This document shows positions 42,783 to 52,855 of a stretch of 61,975 nucleotides of DNA, piece after piece. Source of the stretch: Actinomycetes bacterium (GTDB taxonomy: Bacteria > Actinomycetota > Acidimicrobiia > Acidimicrobiales > JAMCQF01); contig JAJZBS010000004.1 in assembly GCA_021851885.1 (NCBI GenBank), positions 1 through 61,975 on the forward strand, read 5' to 3'. Every line of letters begins with the position of its first letter. The first letter of the stretch is position 1. Both the position numbers and the translations under genes were made by a program. The notes below the pieces were generated by a model. That model was not told where the DNA came from. It did not search any database and saw nothing but the letters and a program-made list of their open reading frames with translations.

Positions 42783-43475
42783 ATGAATCAGGGTCGCGAA
42801 CCCAATTCGTGGGGTGACGGCAATTCGCCGCCGTCACTTGCTCAGCGGCTGCGCAAGGCGATCCTGAAGCCTCCGAAGCCAGAAGAAGAGGGTTCGGGCC
42901 AGGGCGCCACGGCACCCTCCGCGCCGCGGTCGGTCGAACAGATCGAAGAGACGGTCCGCAAGATTGACGACAAAGAGCGGATCATCGGCCTTCTCGCGGC
43001 GCCAATCGCGGCCGCGATCGCCCTGATGGTCACCGCAGCGCTCATCGCCAACGACCCCCCCGCCCATCTCAAGAGCGGTCAGGTCAACCCGAAGCACGTC
43101 AGCTTGACCCTGTACCACGACCTCACTTACGTGCTCCTGGGGCTTGCCGTCGCCATCCTCGCCGCCGCATGGTTCCGCAAGCGTCTCTTCCTCGGGATCG
43201 TCGTCGCCCTCTACGGCCTCGCCCTGTTCAACCTGCGCTACTGGGGATTCGGTGTCCCGTTCCTCCTGGTCGGCGCGTGGTATCTCGTGCGCGCCTTCCG
43301 GGCGCAGCGCGACCTGCGGGACACCACCGGCACCTCGTGGGGGTCGGGCTCGTCGCCCCGCCGCTCCAGCCGCGGGCCGTCCGGGCCAAAGGCGAACAAG
43401 CGCTACACGCCACCCAGCTCCTCGCCGAAACGCCGCCTTCCGCCGGCGTCAGGGCCGGAGAAGCGAGTCGGCTAA
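42783..43475 (+). CDS. Hypothetical membrane protein (about 4 TM)
   Basis: Hydrophobic segments flanked by charged tails; upstream -10-like TAACTT. Confidence 0.7.
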   Translation: MNQGREPNSWGDGNSPPSLAQRLRKAILKPPKPEEEGSGQGATAPSAPRSVEQIEETVRKIDDKERIIGLLAAPIAAAIALMVTAALIANDPPAHLKSGQVNPKHVSLTLYHDLTYVLLGLAVAILAAAWFRKRLFLGIVVALYGLALFNLRYWGFGVPFLLVGAWYLVRAFRAQRDLRDTTGTSWGSGSSPRRSSRGPSGPKANKRYTPPSSSPKRRLPPASGPEKRVG

Positions 43476-43999
43476 GCACGCCGCTCCGTGCGCCGGACGG
43501 CCAGGGCGAAGGCGACCGACAGGGCCACGAACAGGACGGCGAGGACCGACGGGAGCACGTAGGCGGCCGCCGAGGCGCGCGCAGCCGCTGCCCCCGGCAC
43601 GCTCCCGACCAGCGCGGGATCCCCTGGTACGACGACGATCTGGACGGGCGACCCCGGAGCGTGTGACGCGTCGCCCGGGAGGGTCTCCGTATAGCTCGTG
43701 CCGCCAATGCGGTAGGTCCCCCGGCAGGTGGAGCCGACCGGATTGCTCCCGCTCCCGCCGAGGTGCCGTTCGCATGTGACCACCGTCGCGGTGACGGGCA
43801 CGCCTCCGTCGTGCAAGAGCGTGAGCTGGGCGTTGGAGTGGATAGCTGACGCGAAGAGGAAGGCGGCTGTCGCGGCGAGGCCCAAGAGGCCGAACACCGC
43901 GAGGCCGCGCGCGGCGCGGCGCGCGTCGATCGCGACACCCGCACCGCGCAGGACGGCCACGGTGTCGCCCGACCGGTCGGACATCTCGGGATCGGCCAT
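43472..43999 (-). CDS. Membrane protein with DUF3592-like TM-beta-TM topology
   Basis: TM, then GVPVTATVV..C...C.GTY.I.G..Y, then V.IVVVPGDP, then TM. Confidence 0.6.
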   Translation of the reverse strand: MADPEMSDRSGDTVAVLRGAGVAIDARRAARGLAVFGLLGLAATAAFLFASAIHSNAQLTLLHDGGVPVTATVVTCERHLGGSGSNPVGSTCRGTYRIGGTSYTETLPGDASHAPGSPVQIVVVPGDPALVGSVPGAAAARASAAAYVLPSVLAVLFVALSVAFALAVRRTERRA

Positions 44000-44066
44000 G
44001 CGAGAGCTGTCATCGTAACAAGGTCATCCCGGCGTTTTGCAGGCCACGGGCACGCATCGGGGCCAG

Positions 44067-44104
44067 TTCACGCGGCGTTAACACTTGCGTGACGGCGCGG
44101 AAAC
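44067..44104 (+). promoter_or_regulatory. GlnR binding site (double box) upstream of amtB
   Basis: TTCAC-n6-TTAAC-n6-GTGAC-n6-GAAAC at exact 11-bp period (44067, 44078, 44089, 44100), fitting gTnAc-n6-GaAAc repeats. Confidence 0.8.
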
Positions 44105-44235
44105 GGTGGTCGTGCATTGTTCGTGCAACAGGGCGTGGCCCTGCCGTGGCCTGGCCCGTACCGGGAAGGGCGGCTTGCCGCCGATCTTCTTGATGCGCAA
44201 GGGCGTGTCGACCAGACGAGAGGAGTGTTCGAGCC

Positions 44236-45810
44236 GTGCACCTGCTTGCAGCTTCGGTTCCGGTTCCCTACCCCAGTTGGCTGAACACGGGAGACAACAC
44301 GTGGCAGTTGGTTGCCGCGACTCTTGTCGGCCTGATGAGCATCCCGGGTCTCGCGGTGCTCTACGCGTCGATTGTCCAGAAGAAGTGGGCAGTCAACGTC
44401 TTGGCGATGACTTTTGCCGGCTTCTCCCTGGTTCTCATCGTGTGGGTGCTGTGGGCGTACAAGATGGGCTTCGGATCGACTTCGATTGGCGGAGGCGTCC
44501 ACAATGGAGTTTGGACGCAACAACCGTTATCGGGAATAAATCCCATCGGGACCTTAAAGCACTTTTTCGACAACATGGTCGGCAAGCCCGGGCAGATAAT
44601 GAACGGCCCAGCTGAGCAGAGTCAGGCAGTGTCGGCCGCCAACACAGCGATCCCATTCCACTTCCCGACGATGACGCTGGCGTACTTCCAGTTTGTCTTC
44701 GCCGCCATCACCCCCCTGCTGTTCCTCGGCAGCGTCATGGGCCGGATCAAGTTCAGTGCTTGGGTGTTGCTCGTGCCGATGTGGACGACCTTCGTCTACG
44801 CCATCGACGCCTTCCTTCTCTGGGGTGGCGGCTACTTCGCTCAAGAGGGAGCCCTCGACTTCTCCGGAGGATTCGTCATCCACATGTCTGCGGGGGTGTC
44901 GGGCTTTGTGGCGGCTTGGGTGCTCGGTCCGCGCCTTGCCCGGGACCGGCGCCACGCGCTCCCCAACAACCTCGTTGTGGCAGCGATCGGCGCCGGGATC
45001 CTATGGCTCGGCTGGAACGGGTTCAACGGTGGTGACCCCTACTACGCCGGTGTCGACGCCGCGGCCGCCGTCGTCAACACGAACCTGGCCACCGCAAGTG
45101 GTGTCCTGATGTGGATGGCACTCGACGGAGTGTTCACACGGTCGAAGAAGCCGACGTTCCTTGGCGGTGTGAACGGGATGATCTGCGGCCTGGTCGCAAT
45201 CACCCCGAGCGCCGGCTGGGTCAACGGCTGGGGCGCGATCGCCGTCGGCGTCATCGCAACGGCCGTGGTCTGGGTCGCCTGGAACTACCTTTCGAAGGTG
45301 CGGCCGTTCTCCAGGGTCGACGACGCCCTCGGGGTTATCTACACCCACGGCATCGCCGGCCTGCTCGGCGGCCTGCTCGTCGGTGTGTTCGCCGATCCGA
45401 CCATGTTCGAGTACGGGTGCGGCACGCTGACTTCGAGCGGTCAGGTCCTGTCGACACCACACTTCGGTGTGGCCACGAAAGCATGTTCGCCGGTGTCGGT
45501 GGGCGGCCTGATCTACACAGGGTCCTTCCACCAGCTGTGGGAGCAGTTCCGGGCGGCGATCTTCGTCATCATCTGGTCTGCCGTGGTGACCTACATCATC
45601 TTGCGGATCATCAAGTTCGTCCTGCGTGGCCTGCGCTACAAGGACGAGATCCTCGAAGTCGGCGACCTCGCCATTCACGACGAGGAAGCCTTCCCCGAGG
45701 AGAGGATCGCCGTACGTGCCGGAGCGTTCCACCTGGCCGGGGTCACCGGCGGCGAGAAGCCTCCGCCGATAGCATCCGGTCCATCGGCTCCGCCGGGCCA
45801 AACGTCATAG
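44236..45810 (+). CDS. amtB: Ammonium transporter
   Basis: FQFVFAAITP, DFSGGFVIH, GWNGFNGG, DDALGV..THG; both pore His residues present. Confidence 0.97.
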   Translation: MHLLAASVPVPYPSWLNTGDNTWQLVAATLVGLMSIPGLAVLYASIVQKKWAVNVLAMTFAGFSLVLIVWVLWAYKMGFGSTSIGGGVHNGVWTQQPLSGINPIGTLKHFFDNMVGKPGQIMNGPAEQSQAVSAANTAIPFHFPTMTLAYFQFVFAAITPLLFLGSVMGRIKFSAWVLLVPMWTTFVYAIDAFLLWGGGYFAQEGALDFSGGFVIHMSAGVSGFVAAWVLGPRLARDRRHALPNNLVVAAIGAGILWLGWNGFNGGDPYYAGVDAAAAVVNTNLATASGVLMWMALDGVFTRSKKPTFLGGVNGMICGLVAITPSAGWVNGWGAIAVGVIATAVVWVAWNYLSKVRPFSRVDDALGVIYTHGIAGLLGGLLVGVFADPTMFEYGCGTLTSSGQVLSTPHFGVATKACSPVSVGGLIYTGSFHQLWEQFRAAIFVIIWSAVVTYIILRIIKFVLRGLRYKDEILEVGDLAIHDEEAFPEERIAVRAGAFHLAGVTGGEKPPPIASGPSAPPGQTS

Positions 45811-45826
45811 AACCGTCGAGAGATAG

Positions 45827-46177
<351 letters not shown>

Positions 46178-46229
46178 CCCCCAGCCGGTTCCCAGGCGGC
46201 GTTCCCGCCGGAGCCCTGTGCCGGCAGGC

Positions 46230-48647
46230 TCAGGTGTCTCCGGTGGGAGCACCCCTGGCGCGCCCCATCCGATTCTCGACCTCGGCCACGCGCCGCATCG
46301 TCGGGATGACCGAGTCCGGGTTGAGGCTCATCGAGTCGATGCCGATCTCGACGAGGAAGTCCGCCATGTCCGGGTAGTCCGACGGCGCCTGGCCGCAGAG
46401 GCCCGAGTGGATGCCGTTGCGCCGGCACCCCTCGACGGCGAGGCGGATCATCTCCTTGACTCCCTCGTCTCTCTCGTCGTAATCGAAGGCGACTATCGCG
46501 CTGTCCCGGTCGACGCCGAGAGTGAGCTGGGTGAGGTCGTTCGATCCGATCGACATGCCGTCGAAGCGCTCTGCGAAGCGGTCGATGAGGACGACGTTGT
46601 TCGGTATCTCGCACATCGCATAGATCTTGAGCCCGTTCTCGCCACGCCGCAGGCCGAGCTCGGCCATGCGCGCGAGCACGGCATCGGCTTCTTGGAGGCG
46701 GCGGACGAAGGGGAGCATGAGGATGACGTTGGTCAACCCCATGTCCTCGCGTACCCGCCGCATGGCCCGGCACTCGAGGGCGAAACCCTCTTCGTAGGCG
46801 GGGTGGGTGTAGCGGGACGCACCGCGGAACCCGATCATCGGGTTGGCCTCTTCCGGCTCGAAGTCGGTGCCGCCGAGCAGGCTCGCGTACTCGTTCGTCT
46901 TGAAGTCCGACATACGGACGACGACGGGGCGCGGCCAGAACGCAGCGGCGATCGTGCCGATTCCCTCGGAGAGGCGTTCGACGAAGAAGGCTCCACCATC
47001 CGGGTAGCCACCGACGAGGCGATCTATTGCGCGGCGCGCCTCTGGGTCGCGCACCATTTCGGGATGGAGGAGGGCCAGGGGATGCGCCTTGATGGACTCG
47101 CTGACGACGAACTCCATGCGGGCGAGGCCGACGCCGTCAGTCGGGAGGAAGGAGGTGCGGAAGGCGAGGTCTGGATTGCCGAGATTGACCATGATCGCCG
47201 TGGCCGGCTTGTCGATGTCGCCCACCCCCGTCTCCTCGACGTGGAAGTCGACCCGGCCCCGGTAGACCTTGCCCGTATCGCCTTCGGCGCACGAGACGGT
47301 AACGGTCGCGCCCTCCGGGACGACCGACGTGGCGTCGCCGGTCCCGACGACGGCGGGGATGCCGAGCTCGCGGGCCACGATGGCCGCGTGGCAGGTCCGC
47401 CCGCCCCGGTTCGTCACGATGGCGGCGGCGGTCTTCATGACCGGTTCCCAGTCCGGGGTCGTCGTGTCGGCAACGAGCACCTCGCCCGGGCGTACCTCGG
47501 CGAGCTCGGCCAAGTTGCCGACACGCCGCGCGCATCCCGCAGCGACTCTCTCGCCGACAGCCCGACCCTGTGCCAGGACATCCCCGCTCCCGTCGACGAC
47601 AAATGTCTCGAGACTCGTCAGATCCCGTTGCGACGTGACGGTTTCCGGGCGTGCTTGGACGATGTAGAGCTGCCCGTCGACGCCGTCTTTGGCCCACTCC
47701 ATGTCCATGGGCCTGCCGAAGTGGCTCTCGATCTTGCAGGCGTCGTCGGCGAGCTTCAGGACATCGTCGTCGGTAACGCAGAATCGGTCGCGGTCGGCTC
47801 GCGGTGTGGGGACATTGCGGGTCGTGCGGCGAGTCTCGCCCTCGACGAAGACCATCTTCACGGCTTTGTCGCCGAGGCGGCGGCGCAGGACGGCCCGATG
47901 GCCCGCGGCAAGCGTCGGCTTGTGGACGTAGAACTCGTCCGGGTCAACTGCGCCCTGGACGACGTTCTCGCCGAGCCCGTAGGCACCGGTGGCGAACACG
48001 ACGTCACGGAATCCCGACTCGGTGTCGAGGGAGAACATGACGCCGGCTGCTGCGAGATCTGAGCGCACCATCTTCATAACCCCGATGGACAGGGCGATCT
48101 TGAGGTGGTCGAAGCCCTGGTCGATGCGGTAGTGGATTGCCCGATCGGTGAACAGGCTGGCGTAACAGCGGCGGCACGCGTCGAGGAGGTTCTCGTCCCC
48201 GCGAACGTTCAGGTAGGTCTCGTGTTGTCCGGCGAAGCTCGCCGACGGGAGGTCCTCGGCAGTGGCAGACGATCGGATGGCGAGGCTCATGTCGGGGCCG
48301 TACTCGTCCTGGAGGGTCCGGTAGCCCGCGAGGATCTCCTTGGCCACGTCGCCGGGCAGGCCGGCCCCGTAGACGATCTCGCGAGCCCGCCTCCCGGCGC
48401 GGGCCAAGGTGGTGACGTCGCCGGGAGCGATCGCATCGAGGGCGTCGCGCAGGCGGTCCCAGGCATCGGCGGCATCGAGCATCTGCCGGTACGCGTCGGC
48501 CGTCACGGCGAAGCCGTCGGGCACGAGGACGCCTGCTTTGGTGAGCGAGCGGTACATCTCGCCGATCCCGGCGTTCTTGCCACCGACCACCGGGACGTCT
48601 CCGACGGCGATCTCGGAGAAGAAGCGAAGGTGCTCGAACCGGTTCAT
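46230..48647 (-). CDS. ppsA: Phosphoenolpyruvate synthase (pyruvate,water dikinase)
   Basis: VGGKNA.IGE, RSSATAEDLP.ASFAGQ, QARPETV, GGRTCHAAI, GFRGASRY, IGSNDLTQ, CGQAPSDYP. Confidence 0.96.
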   Translation of the reverse strand: MNRFEHLRFFSEIAVGDVPVVGGKNAGIGEMYRSLTKAGVLVPDGFAVTADAYRQMLDAADAWDRLRDALDAIAPGDVTTLARAGRRAREIVYGAGLPGDVAKEILAGYRTLQDEYGPDMSLAIRSSATAEDLPSASFAGQHETYLNVRGDENLLDACRRCYASLFTDRAIHYRIDQGFDHLKIALSIGVMKMVRSDLAAAGVMFSLDTESGFRDVVFATGAYGLGENVVQGAVDPDEFYVHKPTLAAGHRAVLRRRLGDKAVKMVFVEGETRRTTRNVPTPRADRDRFCVTDDDVLKLADDACKIESHFGRPMDMEWAKDGVDGQLYIVQARPETVTSQRDLTSLETFVVDGSGDVLAQGRAVGERVAAGCARRVGNLAELAEVRPGEVLVADTTTPDWEPVMKTAAAIVTNRGGRTCHAAIVARELGIPAVVGTGDATSVVPEGATVTVSCAEGDTGKVYRGRVDFHVEETGVGDIDKPATAIMVNLGNPDLAFRTSFLPTDGVGLARMEFVVSESIKAHPLALLHPEMVRDPEARRAIDRLVGGYPDGGAFFVERLSEGIGTIAAAFWPRPVVVRMSDFKTNEYASLLGGTDFEPEEANPMIGFRGASRYTHPAYEEGFALECRAMRRVREDMGLTNVILMLPFVRRLQEADAVLARMAELGLRRGENGLKIYAMCEIPNNVVLIDRFAERFDGMSIGSNDLTQLTLGVDRDSAIVAFDYDERDEGVKEMIRLAVEGCRRNGIHSGLCGQAPSDYPDMADFLVEIGIDSMSLNPDSVIPTMRRVAEVENRMGRARGAPTGDT

Positions 48648-48732
48648 CGTGGCCCTCCTTCCGTCGGGCGGCTCTTTGCGCGACGCCTCGCCGAGGTGCA
48701 GACGCCGGCGCCGGCCGGCCCTGCCGCCCTCG

Positions 48733-48987
48733 TCAGTCGCCCGGGTGGGAGAGGTTGCGCTCGACACCGAGCTCAAAAGGCGCCGCGGCGGGGCGGACGA
48801 GACGGATGTCCAGTGTCGAGACGGGGCTGGAGGAGGCGTCGTCGACCTCGATGACCGCCTTGAGAGTCTCTGACAGCTTGATCGGGTCACCTCCCGTGTC
48901 GACGGCGTTCTCGCTCACCTCTTCCGCCAGCCAGCGCAGCATGGCGGCGACGTTGTGCGGGCCGGACACTTCGAGGACGTGCATCAT
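48733..48987 (-). CDS. Small protein, amphi-Trp-domain-like
   Basis: GGAGG RBS; ATG overlaps the CBS gene stop; VAAMLRWLAEEV amphipathic helix followed by beta strands (family recalled, not searched). Confidence 0.55.
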   Translation of the reverse strand: MMHVLEVSGPHNVAAMLRWLAEEVSENAVDTGGDPIKLSETLKAVIEVDDASSSPVSTLDIRLVRPAAAPFELGVERNLSHPGD

Positions 48988-49376
48988 CCACCTCCCGCCT
49001 TTGCAAGGTCGCGGATCGAGACGATGCCGACGAGCTCCCCGTCGTCGACGACCGGAAGGTGGCGTATGCCGGCTGCCGCCATGATGTCCACTGCCGAAGC
49101 GACGTCGTCGCCGAGGGTCAGGTACCGCGGCCGCCGGCTCATCACCGACGCGACGAGCGCCTCGTCCGGATCGGCGCCAGCGGCGAGGGCCCGGACGATG
49201 TCCCGTTCGGAGACCATGCCGGCGACGGCATCGTCGTCCATGATGGCGAGCGTCCCCACTTCGGCCCGTGCGAGCTCGGCGGCTGCCTGGCGCAGTGTCA
49301 CTTCCGGCTGGATCGACGCCACCGACGTGCGCATGACGGATCCGATCAGCGTGGTGCGGGACACGCGAGCCTCCAT
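48984..49376 (-). CDS. CBS-domain pair protein
   Basis: V.SIQPEVTLRQAA, GMVSERDIVR, IRHLPVVDDGELVGIVSIRDL; ATG at 49376 inferred. Confidence 0.9.
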   Translation of the reverse strand: MEARVSRTTLIGSVMRTSVASIQPEVTLRQAAAELARAEVGTLAIMDDDAVAGMVSERDIVRALAAGADPDEALVASVMSRRPRYLTLGDDVASAVDIMAAAGIRHLPVVDDGELVGIVSIRDLAKAGGG

Positions 49377-49412
49377 TCCGGCATCGTCGCGTGGTCCCGA
49401 CACGGCGTGGAA

Positions 49413-49426
49413 GGGGCAAAGGTCAC
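49413..49426 (-). promoter_or_regulatory. DosR/OsdR-like box upstream of CBS-ppsA operon
   Basis: GTGACCTTTGCCCC in operon orientation; 13/14 identical to the 54193-54206 site. Confidence 0.55.
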
Positions 49427-49648
49427 ATCGGCGATCCTCGGGGCGACGGCTGTTGCGCTGTCGCCTACAAGACCGGGCAGCTCGTGGCGTACGAACAGAC
49501 GTTGAAGTCGTCGCGGGTGGGGCCCGGCGCCGACGGCGTCGCCGCAGTCGTCCCGGAGGTCAAGACCAGCCGGATCGCCCCGCCGGAGACGTCGCGCAGG
49601 GTGATGCTCCTGTGTTCCTTGCGCCCGAGCGGTGCGCGTCCCCCGGCG

Positions 49649-50302
49649 TCAGGGGCCCCGTTTTCCGGCGTCTTCGACGTGGACCGCGACCTCCTCGACG
49701 CTGGTCGCGACCGCAAGCCCGTCGACGTCGGCCAGCCAGGCGCGATTGAGGGCGTGCAGCTTCTCGTCGGGGTCGAATCGGTTGAGGAAGACGACGACGG
49801 GCACCGGCGCGAGCGCCCGCGTCGCGAGGCGCACGTCGTTGATCGTCCCGAGCCCGGGGTGCGCGACGACGACGGCGATGTCGGCGCCGAGGCCGCGGGC
49901 GATGTCGGTCGTGTCGCAGTCCGCCGCAAGGGGCGATGCCACTGCACCGGCGCCTTCGACGAGCGCGATGTCGGCTCGCGGGACAGCCCAGCTTGCTTTG
50001 ACCTCGTCGAGGAGCTGTCCACGTTCCGGCGGGGCCAAGCCGAGGACGCTCGCGGCCATGGGGGGAGCCATCGGAACCGCATACCAACGGTGCCGCGGGC
50101 ACACCCTCAGGAGATCCTCGCCGGTCGCCGCGGCGAGAAGGTGCGCGTCCGTCGCCGTCGAGGACGCGTACGACTGCACAGGCTTGCGGGCTGCGACGGC
50201 AAGGCCGCAAGCGCGCAGGTGCCGTGCGAGCTCGACGGTGAGCCAGGTCTTGCCGATGCCGGTGCCGGTGCCGGTCACGACGGCGACGCGCCGCGGCCTC
50301 AT
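49649..50302 (-). CDS. bioD: Dethiobiotin synthase
   Basis: VTGTGTGIGKT, KPVQS, PMAPPMAA, LVEGAGAV, LGTIN. Confidence 0.93.
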   Translation of the reverse strand: MRPRRVAVVTGTGTGIGKTWLTVELARHLRACGLAVAARKPVQSYASSTATDAHLLAAATGEDLLRVCPRHRWYAVPMAPPMAASVLGLAPPERGQLLDEVKASWAVPRADIALVEGAGAVASPLAADCDTTDIARGLGADIAVVVAHPGLGTINDVRLATRALAPVPVVVFLNRFDPDEKLHALNRAWLADVDGLAVATSVEEVAVHVEDAGKRGP

Positions 50303-51456
50303 TCGGCACGCCCCAGACCGGCCAGCGCGCGTGCAAGATGCGTGACGTCGGCATCGCAGTGGGCGGCGCTCAGCGAGATCCGCAGCCGCGACGATCCGGC
50401 CGGCACGGTCGGGGGCCGGATGGTCGGGACGAACAGCCCCTGGTCGAGGAGCACCTCGGCAACGTGCAGGGCCTGCCGCTCGCCTCCGATCACGATAGGG
50501 ATGATGGGTGTGGAGTGGGCCGGGCGTAGCCTGTCCACATTGCTGCGCAGCCGTTGCCGAAGCCGCTCCCCGTCCTCGGAGCGGCATACGGCGATCGCGG
50601 CTGCTGCAGCGGCGGCGTCAGCCGGCGAAAGGCCTGTCGTGTAGACGAAAGTGCGCGCCTTGTTGATGACAAGGTCGATCCACGGGCGCGGGCCTGTGAC
50701 GTATCCACCCTGGGAGCCGAACGCTTTCGACAGGCTGCCGACGCGCAAGACATGTGCCTGCGGGTCCGGGGTCTCGACCGGGAGCACCGCGTGGGCGTCG
50801 TCGAGCACGAGCAGCGCATGGTGGCGCGCACAATGGGCCGACAACGCGGCGATCGGCGCGACGTCGCCGTCCATCGAGAAGACCGTGTCTGTGACGACAA
50901 CGGCCCGATCGGGTGCGGAGGCGATTAGATCCGCAGCGTGGTCGGCGTCACCGTGGCGGTAGATGGCGACTTCGCCGCGCGCGAGGCGGGCCCCGTCGAC
51001 GATCGAGGCGTGGTTGAGCGCGTCGGAGACGATGCGTGCACCGTGCCCGAATGTCGCGAGAACGGCCAGGTTCGCCTGGTAACCGGTCGGGAAGACGAGC
51101 GCTGCTTCGCTCCCGCTCCACTCGGCGAGTGCCGCTTCGAGGTCACGGTGAACGGACCGTTCCCCGGCGACGAGACGTGACGATCCGACCCCCGCCCCAA
51201 AGTGGTCGGCGGCGCCGGCAGCCGCTGCCCGCACGAGCGGGTGATGTGCGAGGCCCAAGTAGTCATTGGAGGCAAAGGAGATCACCGGCTCGGAGCGTCC
51301 TTCCAGCCGGACGCGGGTTCCGCCGCCTTCGACGCCACGCAGCGTCCGCCAGCGTCCGGCGTCGACGATCGCTCGTGCCTGCGCGCTCACCCACGTATCC
51401 CAGGGGTCCGTCGCCTCGTCCCCGGCCCCCGGGGCCCGGACCCGCCTCTCAGCCAC
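50299..51456 (-). CDS. bioF: 8-amino-7-oxononanoate synthase
   Basis: FASNDYLGLA, FPTGYQAN, NHASIVDG, VFSMDGD, DDAH, GSLSKAFGSQGG, IRPPTVP. Confidence 0.95.
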   Translation of the reverse strand: MAERRVRAPGAGDEATDPWDTWVSAQARAIVDAGRWRTLRGVEGGGTRVRLEGRSEPVISFASNDYLGLAHHPLVRAAAAGAADHFGAGVGSSRLVAGERSVHRDLEAALAEWSGSEAALVFPTGYQANLAVLATFGHGARIVSDALNHASIVDGARLARGEVAIYRHGDADHAADLIASAPDRAVVVTDTVFSMDGDVAPIAALSAHCARHHALLVLDDAHAVLPVETPDPQAHVLRVGSLSKAFGSQGGYVTGPRPWIDLVINKARTFVYTTGLSPADAAAAAAAIAVCRSEDGERLRQRLRSNVDRLRPAHSTPIIPIVIGGERQALHVAEVLLDQGLFVPTIRPPTVPAGSSRLRISLSAAHCDADVTHLARALAGLGRAE

Positions 51457-52738
51457 AGACGCCCGCGATCGCCGCTTCGAGCACGTCGGCGATCCGGTCG
51501 ATCTCTGCTTCGGTCGAGGTGAGGATCGGCATCACGACGACAACGTCGCCGAGAGGGCGAAGCAGCACGCCCGCATCGACCGCTGCCGCGCAGACCCGCC
51601 GTCCCCGTCGCGCGCCGGGCTGTCCCGGCGCGAGCTCGACCCCGGCCATCAAGCCGCAGACGCGAACTTCTCCGACGGCGTCGAGGGCCCGGAGATCGGA
51701 GAGGCGCCGATGGAGCTGCCGGGAGCGTTCGGCGACGTTGGCGATGACGCTCCACTCTTCGAACAGCTCCAAGTGGCGTAGTGCGACGGCTGCCGCGAGG
51801 GCGTTCCCTCCGTAGCTGTGCCCGTGGTAGAGGGTCTCCGGTCCGAGGTCGTCCCCGAGAAAGGCATCGGCGACCGCCCCCGAGGCGACCGTCGCGCTCA
51901 TCGGTAGGTAGCCGCCCGACAGTCCCTTGCCCAAGCAGAGGAGGTCGGGGGTCAGCGAGCACTGGTCGCTGGCGAACATCGTGCCCGTCCGCCCGAAGCC
52001 CGTCGCAACCTCGTCGCAGACGAGGAGGACTCCCGCCTCATTGCACGCTTTCCCGAAGGCGTGGACGTCTTCAGGATCGGCCACGTAGATCCCAGAGGCC
52101 CCCTGGACGAGCGGCTCGACGACGGCGGCGGCGAGACCTGATCCATGGGATTCGACAACGTCGAGCGCTTTGGCCAGCCAGTTCCGGTCGCCATATCCCG
52201 GCGTGCGGACGACGCCGGGAAATCGCAGCGGATCGAACAGGTCGGTGCCGAATCCACCGGCGCCGACAGACAGGGCGCCGACGGTGTCGCCGTGGTACGC
52301 GCCGCCGAGTGCGAGGTAGGTCGTGCGCGACCGGTCGCCACGGTTCCACCAGTACTGGAAAGCGATCTTGAGAGCCTGCTCGACCGCAGTCGCACCGTCG
52401 GACGCGAACAGAAAACGCGGGTCGCCGACGGGCACCACCTTGGCCAGCGCTTCGGCGAGCTCGACGACGACCGTGTTGCCGTTGCCGAGCATGGTCGAGT
52501 GGGCCACCCGGCCGATCTGGTTGCAGAGGGCCTCGTCTAGCTCGGCAAGGTGATGCCCGAGGGTGTTCACCCACAGGCTCGAGATCGCATCGAGGTAGCG
52601 GCGCCCGTCCGGGTCGATGAGCTCGCGCCCTTCGGCTCGTTCGACGACAACCGGCCGGCCGTCGGCGTATGTGGCCATCTGGGTGAAGCCATGCCACACA
52701 CGTCGCGCGTCGCGCGCGACCCAGCTGGCGGTGCTCAC
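51449..52738 (-). CDS. bioA: DAPA aminotransferase; alternative start at 52804
   Basis: WHGFTQM, DAISSLW, AYHGDT, EPLVQGA, DEVATGFGRTG, LGKGLSGG, HGHSYGGN. Confidence 0.95.
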   Translation of the reverse strand: MSTASWVARDARRVWHGFTQMATYADGRPVVVERAEGRELIDPDGRRYLDAISSLWVNTLGHHLAELDEALCNQIGRVAHSTMLGNGNTVVVELAEALAKVVPVGDPRFLFASDGATAVEQALKIAFQYWWNRGDRSRTTYLALGGAYHGDTVGALSVGAGGFGTDLFDPLRFPGVVRTPGYGDRNWLAKALDVVESHGSGLAAAVVEPLVQGASGIYVADPEDVHAFGKACNEAGVLLVCDEVATGFGRTGTMFASDQCSLTPDLLCLGKGLSGGYLPMSATVASGAVADAFLGDDLGPETLYHGHSYGGNALAAAVALRHLELFEEWSVIANVAERSRQLHRRLSDLRALDAVGEVRVCGLMAGVELAPGQPGARRGRRVCAAAVDAGVLLRPLGDVVVVMPILTSTEAEIDRIADVLEAAIAGVCG

Positions 52739-52855
52739 CGTTCTCGTGCTCTGTGCTGGCGTGCTCTGTGCTGGCGGCACGGCCTCGCAGCGTAGTGGTC
52801 GCATCTCTATCAGGGAGCGCCCGCGATTTGGCACGAGATCGGTGTGTGGCCGACG

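Noticed and set aside
49649-52738. Missing bioB as an anomaly
   Set aside because: bioA-bioF-bioD separate from bioB is the known mycobacterial layout; bioB may be elsewhere.
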